From Azolla caroliniana (Eukaryota; Plantae; Polypodiophyta), in the NCBI GenBank assembly GCA_043228905.1, contig JBHGNT010000003.1, positions 3,100,001 through 3,164,000 of the forward strand: 64,000 nucleotides of DNA, read 5' to 3'. Of this stretch, positions 26,524 to 39,211 are shown piece by piece; within the stretch, counting starts at the first letter, position 1; every line of letters starts with the position of its first letter. The notes under the pieces are model-generated. The model worked only from the letters and a program-made list of their open reading frames with translations, had not been told where the DNA came from and did no database searches. A program made the translations under genes and the position numbers.

Positions 26524-26845
26524 CGCTTTTGGCAAAAATGGTGGAACACACCTATGGTGACGCAAGGCGGGAGTGGCCCGAGGTGGAACTACCAACCCCC
26601 ACATTGGTTGTTTCCTACTCACCTGGCACCCTCTCTTCGTTGTAGGCCCCAAGAGCCGACTCGTACTAGATATAGGTAGCTTCTTACATTAAGTTAGGCC
26701 GCAAGGCATTGTAAGTAGGCTCATCTTCTTTTACTTGATCGGAGGAAGACTCCCCGATGTGTGTATAAGTCTCCTTGTAGACTCTCTATGTAATAATCAT
26801 TCCTAACTAACGGGAAAGTAGCTTCATTTTGGAAAAAAAAAAAAA
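26524..26845 (+). mobile_element. 5'-truncated copy of the LINE at 1-1821
   Basis: Matches 1482-1821 (CGCTT.TGGCAAAAATGG..GGGAAAGTAGCTTCATTT) and ends in A13. Confidence 0.9.
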
Positions 26846-27399
26846 TACAAACACAAAAACCATGGGTTCAATGTTGGAAGCCCATGGTTTTGTGCATGAC
26901 ACAAAGCTAGTGGTTTTGATAAACTAACCATAATTATCCTCAAAGTAACCATGGTTTACATGGAACACGTTCGCGTTCACGAGTGGAAGGATCGCGCATA
27001 AATGGAAGGATAAGGAAAATTTTGGTTGATTTTAGGGCTTTTTCAATGATTTTACAAAACACATTAATACCAGTATCATACATGTTCAAACATACTATGA
27101 AAAAGGTTAAAAATCCACTATTTTCGTGATTTAGAAGTAACTAAAAAAAGAGGAATTTCAAAAAGTTACATTCTCAATTTATATCACAAACTTTACAACC
27201 AATGTTATTTTATAAGAAACGATTTTTTAGAAATCATAAGAATTCAAAACACATGCTTTTATATTACTCAATTTGTTACAAGCGGAATGTATTTACACTT
27301 AATAGCCAAAAATACATTCATGATCATTCCTTTACGGAGAATCACTACTATAAGTAATATACAATGACGATTCCTCCTCGTCATCCTCGATCGTAATTG

Positions 27400-27795
27400 G
27401 GCTTTCTTCGAACATGCGCGTGAGTCGATCTTCAACTTCTATCTCTATTTCGGCGGAATCTGGGTCGAGCGAAATCGAAGTCGAAGTTGTCTCTGGTGCG
27501 TACCAGGATGCGGACTCGTCGAAAACGACATCTCGACTTATGCGAGATTTTTGAGTTGAGGGGTTGTAGCATTTGTACCCCTTTTGCTCCAGTGAGTATC
27601 CTACGAGGATACATTTCTACGACTTCGGCTCAAACTTTTGACACTTCTCGTCGGGGATGTGCATGTATGCAATGGAGCCGAATATCCGAACATGTGATAG
27701 GTCCGGCTTCTTTTCGAAGAACTTCTCGTGCGGAGTAAGTTCGTGCACACCCAATGTCGTACACCGATTCATGAGATAGACGGCACTTGCAGCAG
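27400..27795 (-). mobile_element. Ty1/copia integrase C-terminal fragment
   Basis: AVYLMNRCTT..TPHEKFFEKKPDLSHVRIFGSIAYMHIPDEK..PKS. Confidence 0.8.
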
Positions 27796-27799
27796 CAAA

Positions 27800-28150
27800 A
27801 GGGTGGCACCTCCACCAAATGGACGTCAAGAATGCCTTTCTCCAAGGCGAATTAGACGAGGAGGTCTACATGGTACAACCACCCGGCTTCGAATCGCGCA
27901 TTCATCCAAAAGTCGTATGTCAACTCAAGAAGCCTCTCTATGGCCTTAAGCAAGCACCGCGTGCTTGGCATTCGAAGATTACGCAATATCTTCATCAAAT
28001 CGGCTTTCGAATGTCGAAGTCCGACAACTCCCTCTACGTACGACACGACTCTAGAAGCTTAATTGTCATCATCCTATATGTGGACGATCTGGTCATTGGT
28101 GGTGAAAGTCTAGTCGACATCAACAAGGTCAAGTCCCTCCTCTCCGCCAC
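27800..28150 (+). mobile_element. Ty1/copia reverse transcriptase fragment
   Basis: WHLHQMDVKNAFLQGELDEEVYMVQPPGF..LKKPLYGLKQAPRAW..LYVDDLVI. Confidence 0.92.
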
Positions 28151-28154
28151 CTTG

Positions 28155-30105
28155 TAGACCTGGTAATTTTTCTTTTATTATATCTATTGTTGACTTCCTT
28201 AATCGTCCGGCTTTTGTAAGTGTGAAGTCGTACACGATGATATCCACATGAGAGATATCAAGGGTCGAGGTGTTACGAATGTTTTGCTTCCTCTGCCTAC
28301 CTCCCCTTCTTGTTGGGCATTCAATCATCTCCAATGTATACTTACCTGTAAAAGCATTTGCACTTCTAGTGTTGTACCAATGAACATTTATAGAGTTGAT
28401 AGTGTTTTCTATTTCATGCATTAGCACTTCTAGAATTTTACCAACCCAAAATTGGTGGCCATGTGAATTCTCATCAGCCGGCGTTGCAATCAACATCCCC
28501 GCTGTGAGCTCTTGCAAATTGCCTTGCCATCTAGCTTCGACTGCTTTGGTCATCCTTGGTCCCACATAAATGTCTCTTTGTTGTGGATGGACCAAATTGT
28601 CATTAATCGCATTTGCTGGTTGCTCCAGAGTTCTATTTACACGATCATGTTGCAGCGACCATGTGAATGACATTTCCAAATTCCAATTATCACCAAATAC
28701 ACAATTGTCTATAATTCCTTTCTGATCACTATAAAATAGATCCCACCATGATGTGTCTTGTTGTGCGGCGTATTTCTTGGCGGCCTCAATATGCTTTCTT
28801 TTTTCTTCTAAGGCTTGGAGCCATAATCGTTTTTGTTCTGATACCAAGTCACTCTACAACTGTCCTTTCTTCTCAATTGGCATTTGCTTAGCTCCATGGA
28901 CAATTGTACTCGGCATACAAAGTAATAACTGGCAACCACCTTCAGTTTCCCATGTTGTAGAAGATGAATATTGTTTAGCATACAAAAGTGTAGAACCACT
29001 TATTTCCTTTTTCTTTATCATAAAAATGTGATTGAAGCTTATATTGTTTAACTGGGCAAGCACTTTAACATTCCCAACATCCCCATCTGATATATATCTC
29101 TTAAAGTCATATACCTCCTTCAAGTGTAACACTTTTGGGCGTGGTGTATATGCATCACAAATTACATCAAATAGTTTAGGTAATGTGAAAGCATCATGCC
29201 GAGACAACTGTCTGGAGAATGTGCTAAACATCTGATCTATATGATCATGTGTGTGGCCAATCAAAAGAAAATTGACTTTCACTTTCCTAAATAATCCTTG
29301 GTTGACCAACATACTTAGATAGCCAAACACAGTTGAAATTTTGTTCTCTCTAGCAGTATTGTCCAATTGAATGTATAGAACAGGGGGGAAGGGTTGGCCC
29401 CAAGACATCAAAACTCGGTGAATCACTATAAGTGTTAGGTTAGGGTCATTGTGAACATTGGCGTATGTAATGAAGACGTGAGGTCCAACAGACCTATTAT
29501 AAGCTAAGCATCCCACCAAGTGCATTTGAACAAGGCACTCATCATTGACGTCTTTGGGGAGCCTCCGCATATGCGGTAAGCACGTCTTCTTCTGGTCCAT
29601 GCCATCTATCATTAAGCACATGTATTGTTCAGGCCTCTTCTCTCTATGATGCATCACCTTCTTTCGTTCTAACGATTGTGCCTCACGATGCTCTTGTAGT
29701 AACTTCTTACTCATATCCTTTTCCATTGATGTCTTTGCACCTTTAGCCAAACTTTTAAGATTTGCACAAATCGAGCAATACCCCACCCATGTGTACTTTA
29801 CGTGGAATAATAACATTTGAAAACCGAGTTCTCCATAATCTTATGAATTGGCTATCTGTGATAGACTTATTACGTGAGCCCACCATATCGAATCGATAGA
29901 CATCATAAACTTCCCGACGTGTGTAATTATCAGCAAAGTGCATCCTACCTGTAGTGGGCATTACTTCACAATTTAACTGAAAGTAACTTTTCATCCAACC
30001 AATAGCATGTCTTCCAATTGCACCTTTCATACTTGGAACCTCTTTACAATTGAGCATGTGATCTCCGCTAAGTAGACATTGTTGTACTCTATGTAGCCGC
30101 ATGTT
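28155..30105 (-). pseudogene. DUF7869-type RNase H-fold transposase (Sola-like DNA transposon), decayed
   Basis: CSICANL..IDGMDQKKTCLP..LYIQLDNTARENK..FLLIGHTHDHIDQMFS. One frameshift (~29785) and one in-frame stop (28854-28856) join three ORF pieces. C-terminal domain FWVGKILEV..VHWY..FTLTKAGRLRK. Confidence 0.7.
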
Positions 30106-30106
30106 A

Positions 30107-33100
30107 CTAACACAGAAGTTTGCAAACAACTAACGTCGTCTTATTTGTCAAAGCCCGTTCTTCCACTTGATTTGTCAAGTCTTCTCTTGCCAAAACTAAG
30201 TATTTCATTTCTCCCACTCCCATTGGCATCGAGACTAGATCCACCATCCATTTGAAGTGTATGGTGAACGAGTATGTCGGCCGTAACTGATCACGATGAC
30301 GTATATTCGAATGTACTTGGCAAGTTTCACACGTGGACACAAAATGGAGTACATCTTTGTACATGCTTGGACACTAGTACTTCTCCTTCAACTTTTCGAA
30401 CGTTGCCCATGTTCCTCTATGACCTGCCCAAGCACTCTCGTGGAATTCGGTCATAAACGTCACTTGCTCTTCTTTCTTCACCACCACTCGACGTGGTATT
30501 CCTGTCCTTCTTTTTGGGTGTCGCTAGAGGAATCCTCCCTTCAAGAAGTATTGGTAATCTTTCTTCCGGATTCATAGAGCCTCCTCCTTCGTCAACGAAG
30601 CATCCGTCATCATTGTTTTTAAGAATCTGTCGATCAGTAACCACTCTCCTTCGTACTCGTCCTCGTTGAAGGCGTGGAGGCTTAGTGTGCCCTCGTCTTC
30701 TGCCGATAGTCGAACCATCTTGAAGAAGTCGAGGGTGACGTCATCATCTTCCAAAACCATGTCACCTTCATTCTCAAATTTGATACAAGTGATCCACCTT
30801 AGCATAGCTAGATCCGGTGTTGCACATCCTGAGATCATCTCGAGGATTGGGCGACAATCTGTCTCAATTATTACTTCCAACCTGATCAGGTAGTCTTTGT
30901 CCGCCTTCACTACCGACACAATACCCCAAAGTTCCTGCTTGACTTAGGCGTATCCTCGTTGTCGTTCGCTAAGAACCTTTGCTCCGAACCGGATGGCATA
31001 CGACGCATTATCTTCTCCTTCTTGATTGATGACCCACCCGATTCCTTTCATGGTTGGCACGTACAGTCAAGAATTGTACGACCTTCTTCCCATCAAGACT
31101 CCTTACTCAAGAAAATGCCTCACCATTGTCGAACATTTTGGTTTCCATTCGTGATAATGTTATGTACGGTTGCCCAAGAATGATGGGATGGGACGCCGTG
31201 TCTTGAACAAAAAAATGTTGATCTATCTCGACATCGCTAATCATGATGGGGATGTTAGGACATGCCCCATACAAGTCTTTGGTAGCTTTCATAGCAGCAC
31301 AAATCTTCCACGGTCCATGATTCGTATTTATGGGCCATCTTCCCTTTCTGTAGACCTCAGTCGACATAAGGTTGATTTCGAACCCATGGTCGATTAAAGC
31401 TACCTCAGTCTCTTTTTTCGGCGTCTCCGTTGTTGCTCGTGCCTAATGAGGTCGAGTATAGTGGTTGTCCACCATATCTTCATCGACTTCGTCCCTTGTC
31501 ATCCTTATGGCATTTTTTTTTGCTTTTTGTGGCTTCTCTTCTTCCTCGTTCGATTGTTGCCTCTTTCTCTTTACAAGATCCACGATCATGTCATGGAACT
31601 CCTTCGTAATGCCAAGAAATTCCCTAAAGGACAAGGTCACGTGGCTATCAAGAACACGTTCCTTGAGGATTTTCTTCAAGTATGTCGTTTGTTCTATGTC
31701 CGACCTTAATTTATAGGTAAGCATAGTTCTCGTCTTTCGAACGGGGTTTTCGACATCAACCCTCATCGGCTGAACTGATTCTTTGACTCGTTTGCTTGAC
31801 TCCCTTTTTCGACTTGAGTCTTCATCCTCCGTTCGTAAAGCTTGAGTTGCTTCTGTATCTTCTTTCTTTTTCGTGCTCCTTGTTTCATGTCTTTTTGATG
31901 GGCTATCTTGCCCTTCCATTCTTTTTCTCTTTTCATCCACGAACACCTCGTGGTTGTCACACATCACTTCTGCGAATATGGTGTTGTCGTCTATCGGATC
32001 CGACCATCCGGTGATACTTTGTACACTTCGGTCTGCAAGCTCTACATCATCCGAAGTAACTTTACCCTTCTTCTTACACTCGAGAACAAAAGACCAAAAC
32101 TTTGTTCCCGTTCTAGCAACTTCATTTTTATCTTTTTCGACTTTAATTCCAGCCGATGCATCATAGTGCATCGCATCCACATGAGTCGCCTCAACATCTT
32201 CCATAATTTTCTTCATTCCTCCTCTTCCGAAATTCACCCACAAGGGTCTTCGAGTTTCACTCGAGCAGATCATGTTGTCATCCATGTATACAATATTTTG
32301 TCGGATGACCTCTCGAAGACTCACGCACTCCCTTCTCATGTGGTCCAAGTTGTCACACAACACACATATAAAGGGTTATTTTCCTTTCGGGCCCCAACGA
32401 TTCATGTTCGCTAGTGTGACAGTCTCAAACTTCTTCACCAGTTCTTCAATGATGTCATCATCAATCTTCTTTTCTTCCGAGTTGCTTTGTTTGGCTAGTT
32501 CAACGGCTTTCAGTTGTCTTAGTTTCTCCACAGTCAATCCTGCCAAGTCGGTGTCATCAACCCACTGACGACGCTTGCCGAGCCTATTGCACGCTCGCTT
32601 TGCCACAATCTAGTCTGCCACAAGCCCATTTGGTTGGGTATCATCTTCGAGGAGAGTCCCCAATTCTCGTCTATCCTTCATATCCACCGCTTTCAAGAAG
32701 TACAAAGTCTTGTCCTCCTCAAGCAGCACTTGGTCCGTGGTAGGGAGACGAATATGCATCTGGTCGAATTCGTCGTACACCCTCGAGGCGCTCATCTTCT
32801 TATTCTTCTTTTCTATCCACTTCATTAAAGGCATGTCGAGTCATCCACGACAAATCTTCTATCGCAACCTCCGCTAATTCGCTTTCTCAAACTCGGACCA
32901 TGTTGCCTTGCCTTCTTGAAGCTCGATGGCGCGCCTTTGGATGTTGTTGGCGGCAACTCGCTTGAAACTCGAGGTTTGACGTGCTTCGGACACATCCCTT
33001 TGATTCATCTCCCTTTTGTATACATCCAAGAACTTCATAATGTTCCTTCCATCAAATTGACCCTCGAGCTCCACGACACGATCGACGGCCTTCTCCACGC

Positions 33101-33394
33101 TCGCATCGTTGTCCCGAGATCTCATCATTTGTTCGACAATTGCCATCATCCTTTCGAACTCTCCCGCTTGGTTGCTTAAGGATGCCATCTCCAAGTATCG
33201 GTTTCAACTTGATCCTTTCTACCGCCTCTTTCACGTCGGGTTCACCACTTAATTATGTCGTGAAGATCCGTCACTACGTGCGGATCGTGAGGTGGAACTG
33301 TCAGGGTCCTGGACCGAAAGGATTCGAAGTTTGCACTAGCTTTAGCGAGAAAGGATTTAAGATAGATTGAGAGAGAGCGAGATTGAGATAAGAT
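30107..33394 (-). mobile_element. Ty3/gypsy element, internally deleted (gag, zinc knuckle, protease, RNase H and integrase fragments); LTR-like region interrupted by the hAT element and resuming at 37105
   Basis: gag FDGRNIMKFLDVYKREM; knuckle C..CDNLDHMRREC; protease LIDHGFEINLM..PIILGQPY; RH IETDCRP..MLRWI; INT FVSTCETCQ..WMVDLVSMP. Confidence 0.8.
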
Positions 33395-36300
33395 CATAGT
33401 TCCTAATATTCGCGTACGTCCAATTTATTGGACGTACGCGAACGTTTGCAAACGTACGCGTATGATACGCGATATTCGTTTGGGTTTTTTTTTTCTGGGG
33501 GGTTTTTTTGGGTGTTTTTTTGGGGGGTTTTTTCTGATGTGTCGTTGCGTTGTGAGCATTGAGCACTGAGCAGTGACGAGTGATGAGTCTGAGTCTCTGA
33601 GAGTTTGAGAGTCTGAGAGTCTGAGAATCGAGAGTCCTCAGTCGACCGTAGAGAATCGAGAGCTTTGAGTGAAAATCAGATTTCTGTGAGGAGAAAATCG
33701 TGAAAATCAGATTTCTATGAAGGACAAAACGAACAGGCTGATTTCTAATTTCTAATTTCTGATTCCCAAATCCCGAATCCCGAATCCCGAATCCTGATTC
33801 CCGCTCACCCGCGGGCCGCCTACAACCTGCCGCCTTACCGATTTGTCTCGTTTGATTCTTCTTGGAAGCGTAAAGGTAAATTGTTATCTTGAATTCATGT
33901 ATTTCTAATGTCTATACAATTGTTAAATCATTCAATGAGCATGAGATCAAACCCTAAAACGAAAATTTGGGAAAAAACCCTCAAAATCTTAACAAAAACC
34001 CAAGAACTCATAAAACACTAAATGAGATTATGGAATTATGGATGTTTGTATGTGCAAATCAGCTTTAATTTCAGGTTGTACATACTACAAATGCATGTTT
34101 TCCTCAAATAATGGATGCAAGGGATAAGAAAACTAGACATGTCGCCCTTCCCCGCCCCTTCACTACCCATTTTTTTGGTTTTTTTAATCGAATAATTGAA
34201 AGAGGAAGAGAAACAACAAATTGCATGATGCATCTTTGTCTTAGGTTTGTGATTTGTCTTGCATGGGATTGAGAAGGTCTTAATGTGCTGAAAAGTAATA
34301 CCTCTTGGCCATATAGGATTCGTAATAATGTAGAGAATTTAACTAGTTGTTCATGTTTTCATCTAATTGAAATTTGGCCTTTGGAGAGAGATAATCACCA
34401 TTGAACCTTTTGGCTTTTAGCCATAGAAATTTTTGATATTGAAATTTGAAACATAAGATAGAAAGTAACATAGAAAGTGACATAGAAATGAATTATATTG
34501 AGGCAATGTTGCCCGAAATCGAATAGAACTTAATAAACTCTGAGAAGGAAAAACACCTCAAAAGGATTGTAGTTTTATTAAATCAATGTAATTATAGTTT
34601 TCTAATGTTCTTTTATATATTCATATCAACGTGATTGTAGATTTGTTAACTCACTTCCTAAATTGTTGATTTATAAATTAATGTGATTGTAGTATGGACA
34701 AACAAAAGAGCTTTTTATGGGACCACATTACTGTCGTGAAGAGAAACAATAAAGGAATGCATATAAATGAATGCAAATATTGCAAACACGTGTTTGCTGG
34801 TGGTCCACACCGAATTAAAGCCCATCTTTTGGGGCTAAAAGGACAAGGCGTGGATAAATGCCGCAAAGTCACTGGAGCAATAAAAGATGAGATACAAAAA
34901 TTAGTATCGGATGTGGATGCTCATGAAAATATTAATGCTAATGAAAATTCTATTACAGAAAGTGAGAATAATGTCGATGTAAGTACATCTAATGCCAATG
35001 TTGTGCCATCTACTTGTGCATCTGTAGTTGACATGTCATCTTCATCATGTAAGAAGAGGACAATTGAGAATTCTACTAGATCCCTACAAATCTCTTGGCA
35101 AAAAAGTTTGAATAAAAATGCCGATGAATCAGTGAGAAGATTCTTTTTTGTAGAGGATATTCCACATCTTAAGGTTGATAGTTCCTTTTTTCATGATATG
35201 GTTCAAGCAATTACAAAGGCTGGTTCGTCATATAAGCCACCAAGTTCTTTCCAATTGGGAAAGAGGCACTTAGATGAAGAAGTAAAAATTGTTGAAGATA
35301 AACTTTCATGCATCAAAGAGAAATGGAAAATATATGGATGCACTATAGTCAGTGATGGTTGGTCAGATACTAGAAATAGGCCAATAATTAATGTTCTAGC
35401 TTCATCAATGTTTGGTTCAATGTTTTTGAGGTCTGTGGATACAAGTGGAGAATGTAAAACGGGGGAGTATATCTTTAATATTCTAAAAGCTACCATTCTT
35501 GAAATTGGCCCAACAAATGTTATGCAAGTATGCATGGATAATGCATCAAATTGTGTGGCAGCGGGACATATGATAGAGAAAGAGTGGCCCATGATATTTT
35601 TTACTCGATGCACATGTCATTGCCTTGATTTGTTGTTTGAGGATATAGGAAAATGTGCTTGGGTTAATGATGCTTTGAGATTAGGTATGAAGGTTACTAC
35701 GTTCATCACAAGAAAGCTATATGTGCTTGCAATGTTTCGCAAGTTTAGTAAAAAGGAATTGTTGAAGCCTTCTACTACAAGGTTTGCTTATAGTTTCATT
35801 GTGCTATCAAATTTGTTGGATGATAGAGTGTATAGTGGTTTAAGAAGAATGGTAGTTAGCGAAGAATGGTGCCAATGGAAGGGATCTAAAACGCAACAAG
35901 CAGAAGAAGTAGTTTCGATAATATTGAATGCTTCCTTTTGGTCAAATGTAAAGATGATAGTGGAAATATGCTCACCAATTTTAAAAGTGTTGCGATTGGC
36001 GGATAGAGAAGGTGCAACAACGGGGTTGATATATGAATGTACACGACGAATGGTAGAAGAAATAAATAAAATGCAAGGAATCAATAACATGTTGCTTGAT
36101 GAAATTAGAGGATTATGCATGGATAGATGCAAAATGTTACATTCACCATTACATGCAATTGGATATCTCTTACATCCAATTTGGTGGGAAAATTCTCAAG
36201 TTTTTGATAATGTGGTGAATGCTAGTTGGATAGACACCATTATGCGATATGCAAATGGTGACATTAAGATGCAAGGTAATTTATTAGATGAGTATCATGC

Positions 36301-37096
36301 TTATAAAACTAAAGAGAAGGGTATTTTTCAACTTCCACCTTCAAATGATCCTACTAGAATGAAAGAAGGTGTTAAGTGGTGGGAATTATTTGGAGGAGAA
36401 ACCCCAAATTTAAGTAAACTTGCGATACGAGTGCTTTCTCAAGGTACTTGTGCATCTCTATGTGAGAGAAATTGGAGTACCTTTTCATTGATACATACTA
36501 AGAGGAGAAATAGGTTGAGTCATGATCATATAGAGAAGCTGGTATACTTGCATACAAACCATCGTCTATTAAAGAAAGTCAAAGAAAGAGATTCATGCCG
36601 TATAGAAGTGACTTTGGATATGATTAATAAAGAAGAAGATGATGATAGGCTTTTGGTATTGCAAAGACAACATGCAACTATGGTTAATGAGGATTTCGAA
36701 GAAGATAATGATGATGGGCAAGATGTTAACATTGACAATGCACCTCAAGAGTAGAGAGATGAGATTAACTATTAGTACTATGAATTTAGAGCTACTTTCT
36801 AGGTTAATGTTCATGTTTGAAGTTTGAACTTTGGATAAATTTTGGTTCATGTTTAGAATTTTGGATGCTATTTTGTTAGTTTTCAATGAATTTATGGTCT
36901 TGATTTTTGTTTATAAAAATCTTGATTATTTTTTATTTTTCATATTTTTAAATTTTTTTTAGAGTAATAAAAATAAAAAAATATATAAATATAGACGAAT
37001 GGATTCCAATCATACTTGGAGCCATTTCACGTATGAGTATGATACGAATATTCACGTATGAGTATGACACGTTTGAGACATATGGCTAGAACTATG
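33395..37096 (+). mobile_element. Complete hAT DNA transposon
   Basis: TIRs CATAGTTC (33395) / GAACTATG (37096); perfect 8-bp TSD GATAAGAT at 33387-33394 and 37097-37104; CGTA/TACG-type subterminal repeats. Confidence 0.95.
34694..36754 (+). CDS. hAT transposase (BED zinc finger, DUF659, hATC dimerisation domain), 686 aa, uninterrupted
   Basis: W..CKYCKHVFAGGPHRIKAHL; GCTIVSDGWSD; MDNASN; CTCHCLDL; TRFA; WWELFG..LAIRVLSQ..CERNWSTF..HTKRRNRL. Confidence 0.93.
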   Translation: MDKQKSFLWDHITVVKRNNKGMHINECKYCKHVFAGGPHRIKAHLLGLKGQGVDKCRKVTGAIKDEIQKLVSDVDAHENINANENSITESENNVDVSTSNANVVPSTCASVVDMSSSSCKKRTIENSTRSLQISWQKSLNKNADESVRRFFFVEDIPHLKVDSSFFHDMVQAITKAGSSYKPPSSFQLGKRHLDEEVKIVEDKLSCIKEKWKIYGCTIVSDGWSDTRNRPIINVLASSMFGSMFLRSVDTSGECKTGEYIFNILKATILEIGPTNVMQVCMDNASNCVAAGHMIEKEWPMIFFTRCTCHCLDLLFEDIGKCAWVNDALRLGMKVTTFITRKLYVLAMFRKFSKKELLKPSTTRFAYSFIVLSNLLDDRVYSGLRRMVVSEEWCQWKGSKTQQAEEVVSIILNASFWSNVKMIVEICSPILKVLRLADREGATTGLIYECTRRMVEEINKMQGINNMLLDEIRGLCMDRCKMLHSPLHAIGYLLHPIWWENSQVFDNVVNASWIDTIMRYANGDIKMQGNLLDEYHAYKTKEKGIFQLPPSNDPTRMKEGVKWWELFGGETPNLSKLAIRVLSQGTCASLCERNWSTFSLIHTKRRNRLSHDHIEKLVYLHTNHRLLKKVKERDSCRIEVTLDMINKEEDDDRLLVLQRQHATMVNEDFEEDNDDGQDVNIDNAPQE

Positions 37097-38160
37097 GATA
37101 AGATAGAACACTTGACTTTTGATTGAGAAAGATTGAAATGGAAAGAGAGCTTAAGATTGAACCCTTTACTTTAGATTTGAGGAACAAGATATATCATCAA
37201 TTGGATAAGGAATCTTCTTCTTAATATTAATTTTGATATAAAGTACAAAGCTTGCTTGATTAATCCCTAGCCCCCCCCCTTTTTTTTTATCTTTATCCAC
37301 TCTTTTATAGATGCCCCCATGCATATGATGCATGTGAGGGTGCAAGACATGCATGTAATGCATAAAATGCATGAGATGCATGTTTGCCATTTGGCGCTCA
37401 TGCATTACATGTGTTGCATGATAACCATGTCACTCATTCAAGCTCTCATGTATGAGAATTTACATGTGAAAGTATAATGATAAAAATATAACTTAAAGAA
37501 ATGACTCGGCCTTTTCGTTTCACACCGAAATCTTCAAGACACCGTGCTTCGCGATCAACCTATTCGACCGATCGGTCTTTCCGGTCCATCCGGTTTGCAT
37601 CCAACCCGGTGATCTGGTCCATCTGGTCCGGTTCTTTTTTCGGTTCCGTCGTTGTCCGGTCCCAGTTCCATTTCTGTCATGTTCCGTCGCCAACCGGTCC
37701 CGGTTCTGTTTCCGTCGGGTTCCGGTCCCGATTCCGTTTTTGTCGCGTTTCGGTCCTGGTTCCGGTTCCCCAAAACCATTACGAGTAGTTTAGCCCAAGT
37801 CACCTTGAACATTCTATTCTCCACACATAGACAAAAAATAATAAGTTCTGGCTCTGCTTATATAATGTGGGATCCTGATTTGTCCTATCTATGTGGGATA
37901 TCTCACAGTTTTTGTTTTTCTCTTCTTCTTCTCAAACTTCACACTCACATTACTTGACACTAAGTTGTCAGTTTCTTATATAGTAAAGTGCATTCGAAAG
38001 CTCTTGAAGATCTCCATCTTCCCGTACCAAGATTTTAAACTTATTTAAAGTTAGTATCTTCACTATTATTTTTATATTTTTGTGAGAAGAATCACACTCG
38101 ATTTCGTATGTTTTATGCGATTTTCATACCATTGCCGAAAATCTTCACGACAACGTATGC

Positions 38161-38840
38161 AGAGATTGTTTTAGACAATATAATGATTTGTGATGTTTGC
38201 AAACATAATGTGGGAATTGTGGATTTAAAAAAAGTGTTGGTTACTCCATATAAATCTCCTCCTCCACTTCTCCATGTAGAAAAGTGGTTTCAATGTCAAG
38301 ATGATGAAGTTCAAGGTTAAGGTAGGTGCAAATGTAGGTAGAGAACACTACAGGTAGAGCCACCATCTTTAAGGTAGGTGCAAATGTATCTTTAAAATCT
38401 TTGTCCGAAATTTGTGAAAATTCACTACCAACAACATGTGCCTTAAATCAAACCATAATGCCATGGGTGACAGTTTTCTTGGTGAGCACATATCCTAGAA
38501 AAAATTTCTAGAGGAATGACTCACAAAACTCCTTAGTAACTATTTGTTACGAGAAATAGTGACTAGATATCATATTGCCATAGATTTCATCAATCATGAA
38601 AGTTTGTGAATAATTGGATTTAATTTGAAAATAGGCATGCATTTAAGATAACGATATTTTAGATTCTTTTGTAATGCATGATATTACTAACTATATTGGG
38701 TTACTATGATGTTGGATATTGATTTAGGATAATCATCAAATTATTAAATAACCCCTTTGACAATTATCGTGATTGAGACAAAGATTGCACATAATCTAAG
38801 AGGGAGGTTCTTTGGATAACATCAAGGTTGACACTCAACA
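38161..38840. repeat. Second copy of the 25535-26220 segment (includes copia RT remnant)
   Basis: Direct sequence match. Confidence 0.9.
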
Positions 38841-39211
38841 CACTCATATTCAAATTTGGGGAGGTTAAGATAATAGATTTGGCTAAGTTCATCTGGTTGA
38901 GTAGAGATAAGGTCTGGTATGAGATCCTCCACATCTGATATCGCATGTCTTTCCATGAATTCGTTCACACATAGTGCCTTATAATCATCAATAGGGGAAG
39001 GCTTACGATTCTGATACAATGGACCGATGGTCATTGTTTTTGGGTAATAAGACTGCGGCTTCACTTCCAACAATGCTTGGGGAGGCTTCAAAGTCATCCA
39101 ACTTTGAGTGTACACAGGTACATCATCAACATGCATATTGATCTTGTCCTTCATATAGAGTCTCCATTCATTTTTGGTGAAGTTGGGGGGGTTGATGATC
39201 AAATTCATCCA
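38841..39211 (-). pseudogene. DUF247 gene, divergent 'type B', N-terminal fragment
   Basis: EWRLYMKDKIN..KPPQALLEVKPQSYYPKTMTIGPLY..KALCVNEFMERHAISDVEDL; truncated at the duplicated segment. Confidence 0.8.

Noticed and set aside
26325-26549. Tyr-rich 74-aa ORF
   Set aside because: Translation of the (AAT)n microsatellite.
26852-26894. Small hairpin CACAAAAACCATGGG..CCCATGGTTTTGTG
   Set aside because: Too short and isolated to call a MITE, Helitron end or miRNA.
37500-37790. CCGG/TTCC-rich patch with overlapping ORFs
   Set aside because: Looks like a low-complexity TE subterminal remnant; no partner end, TSD or credible protein found.
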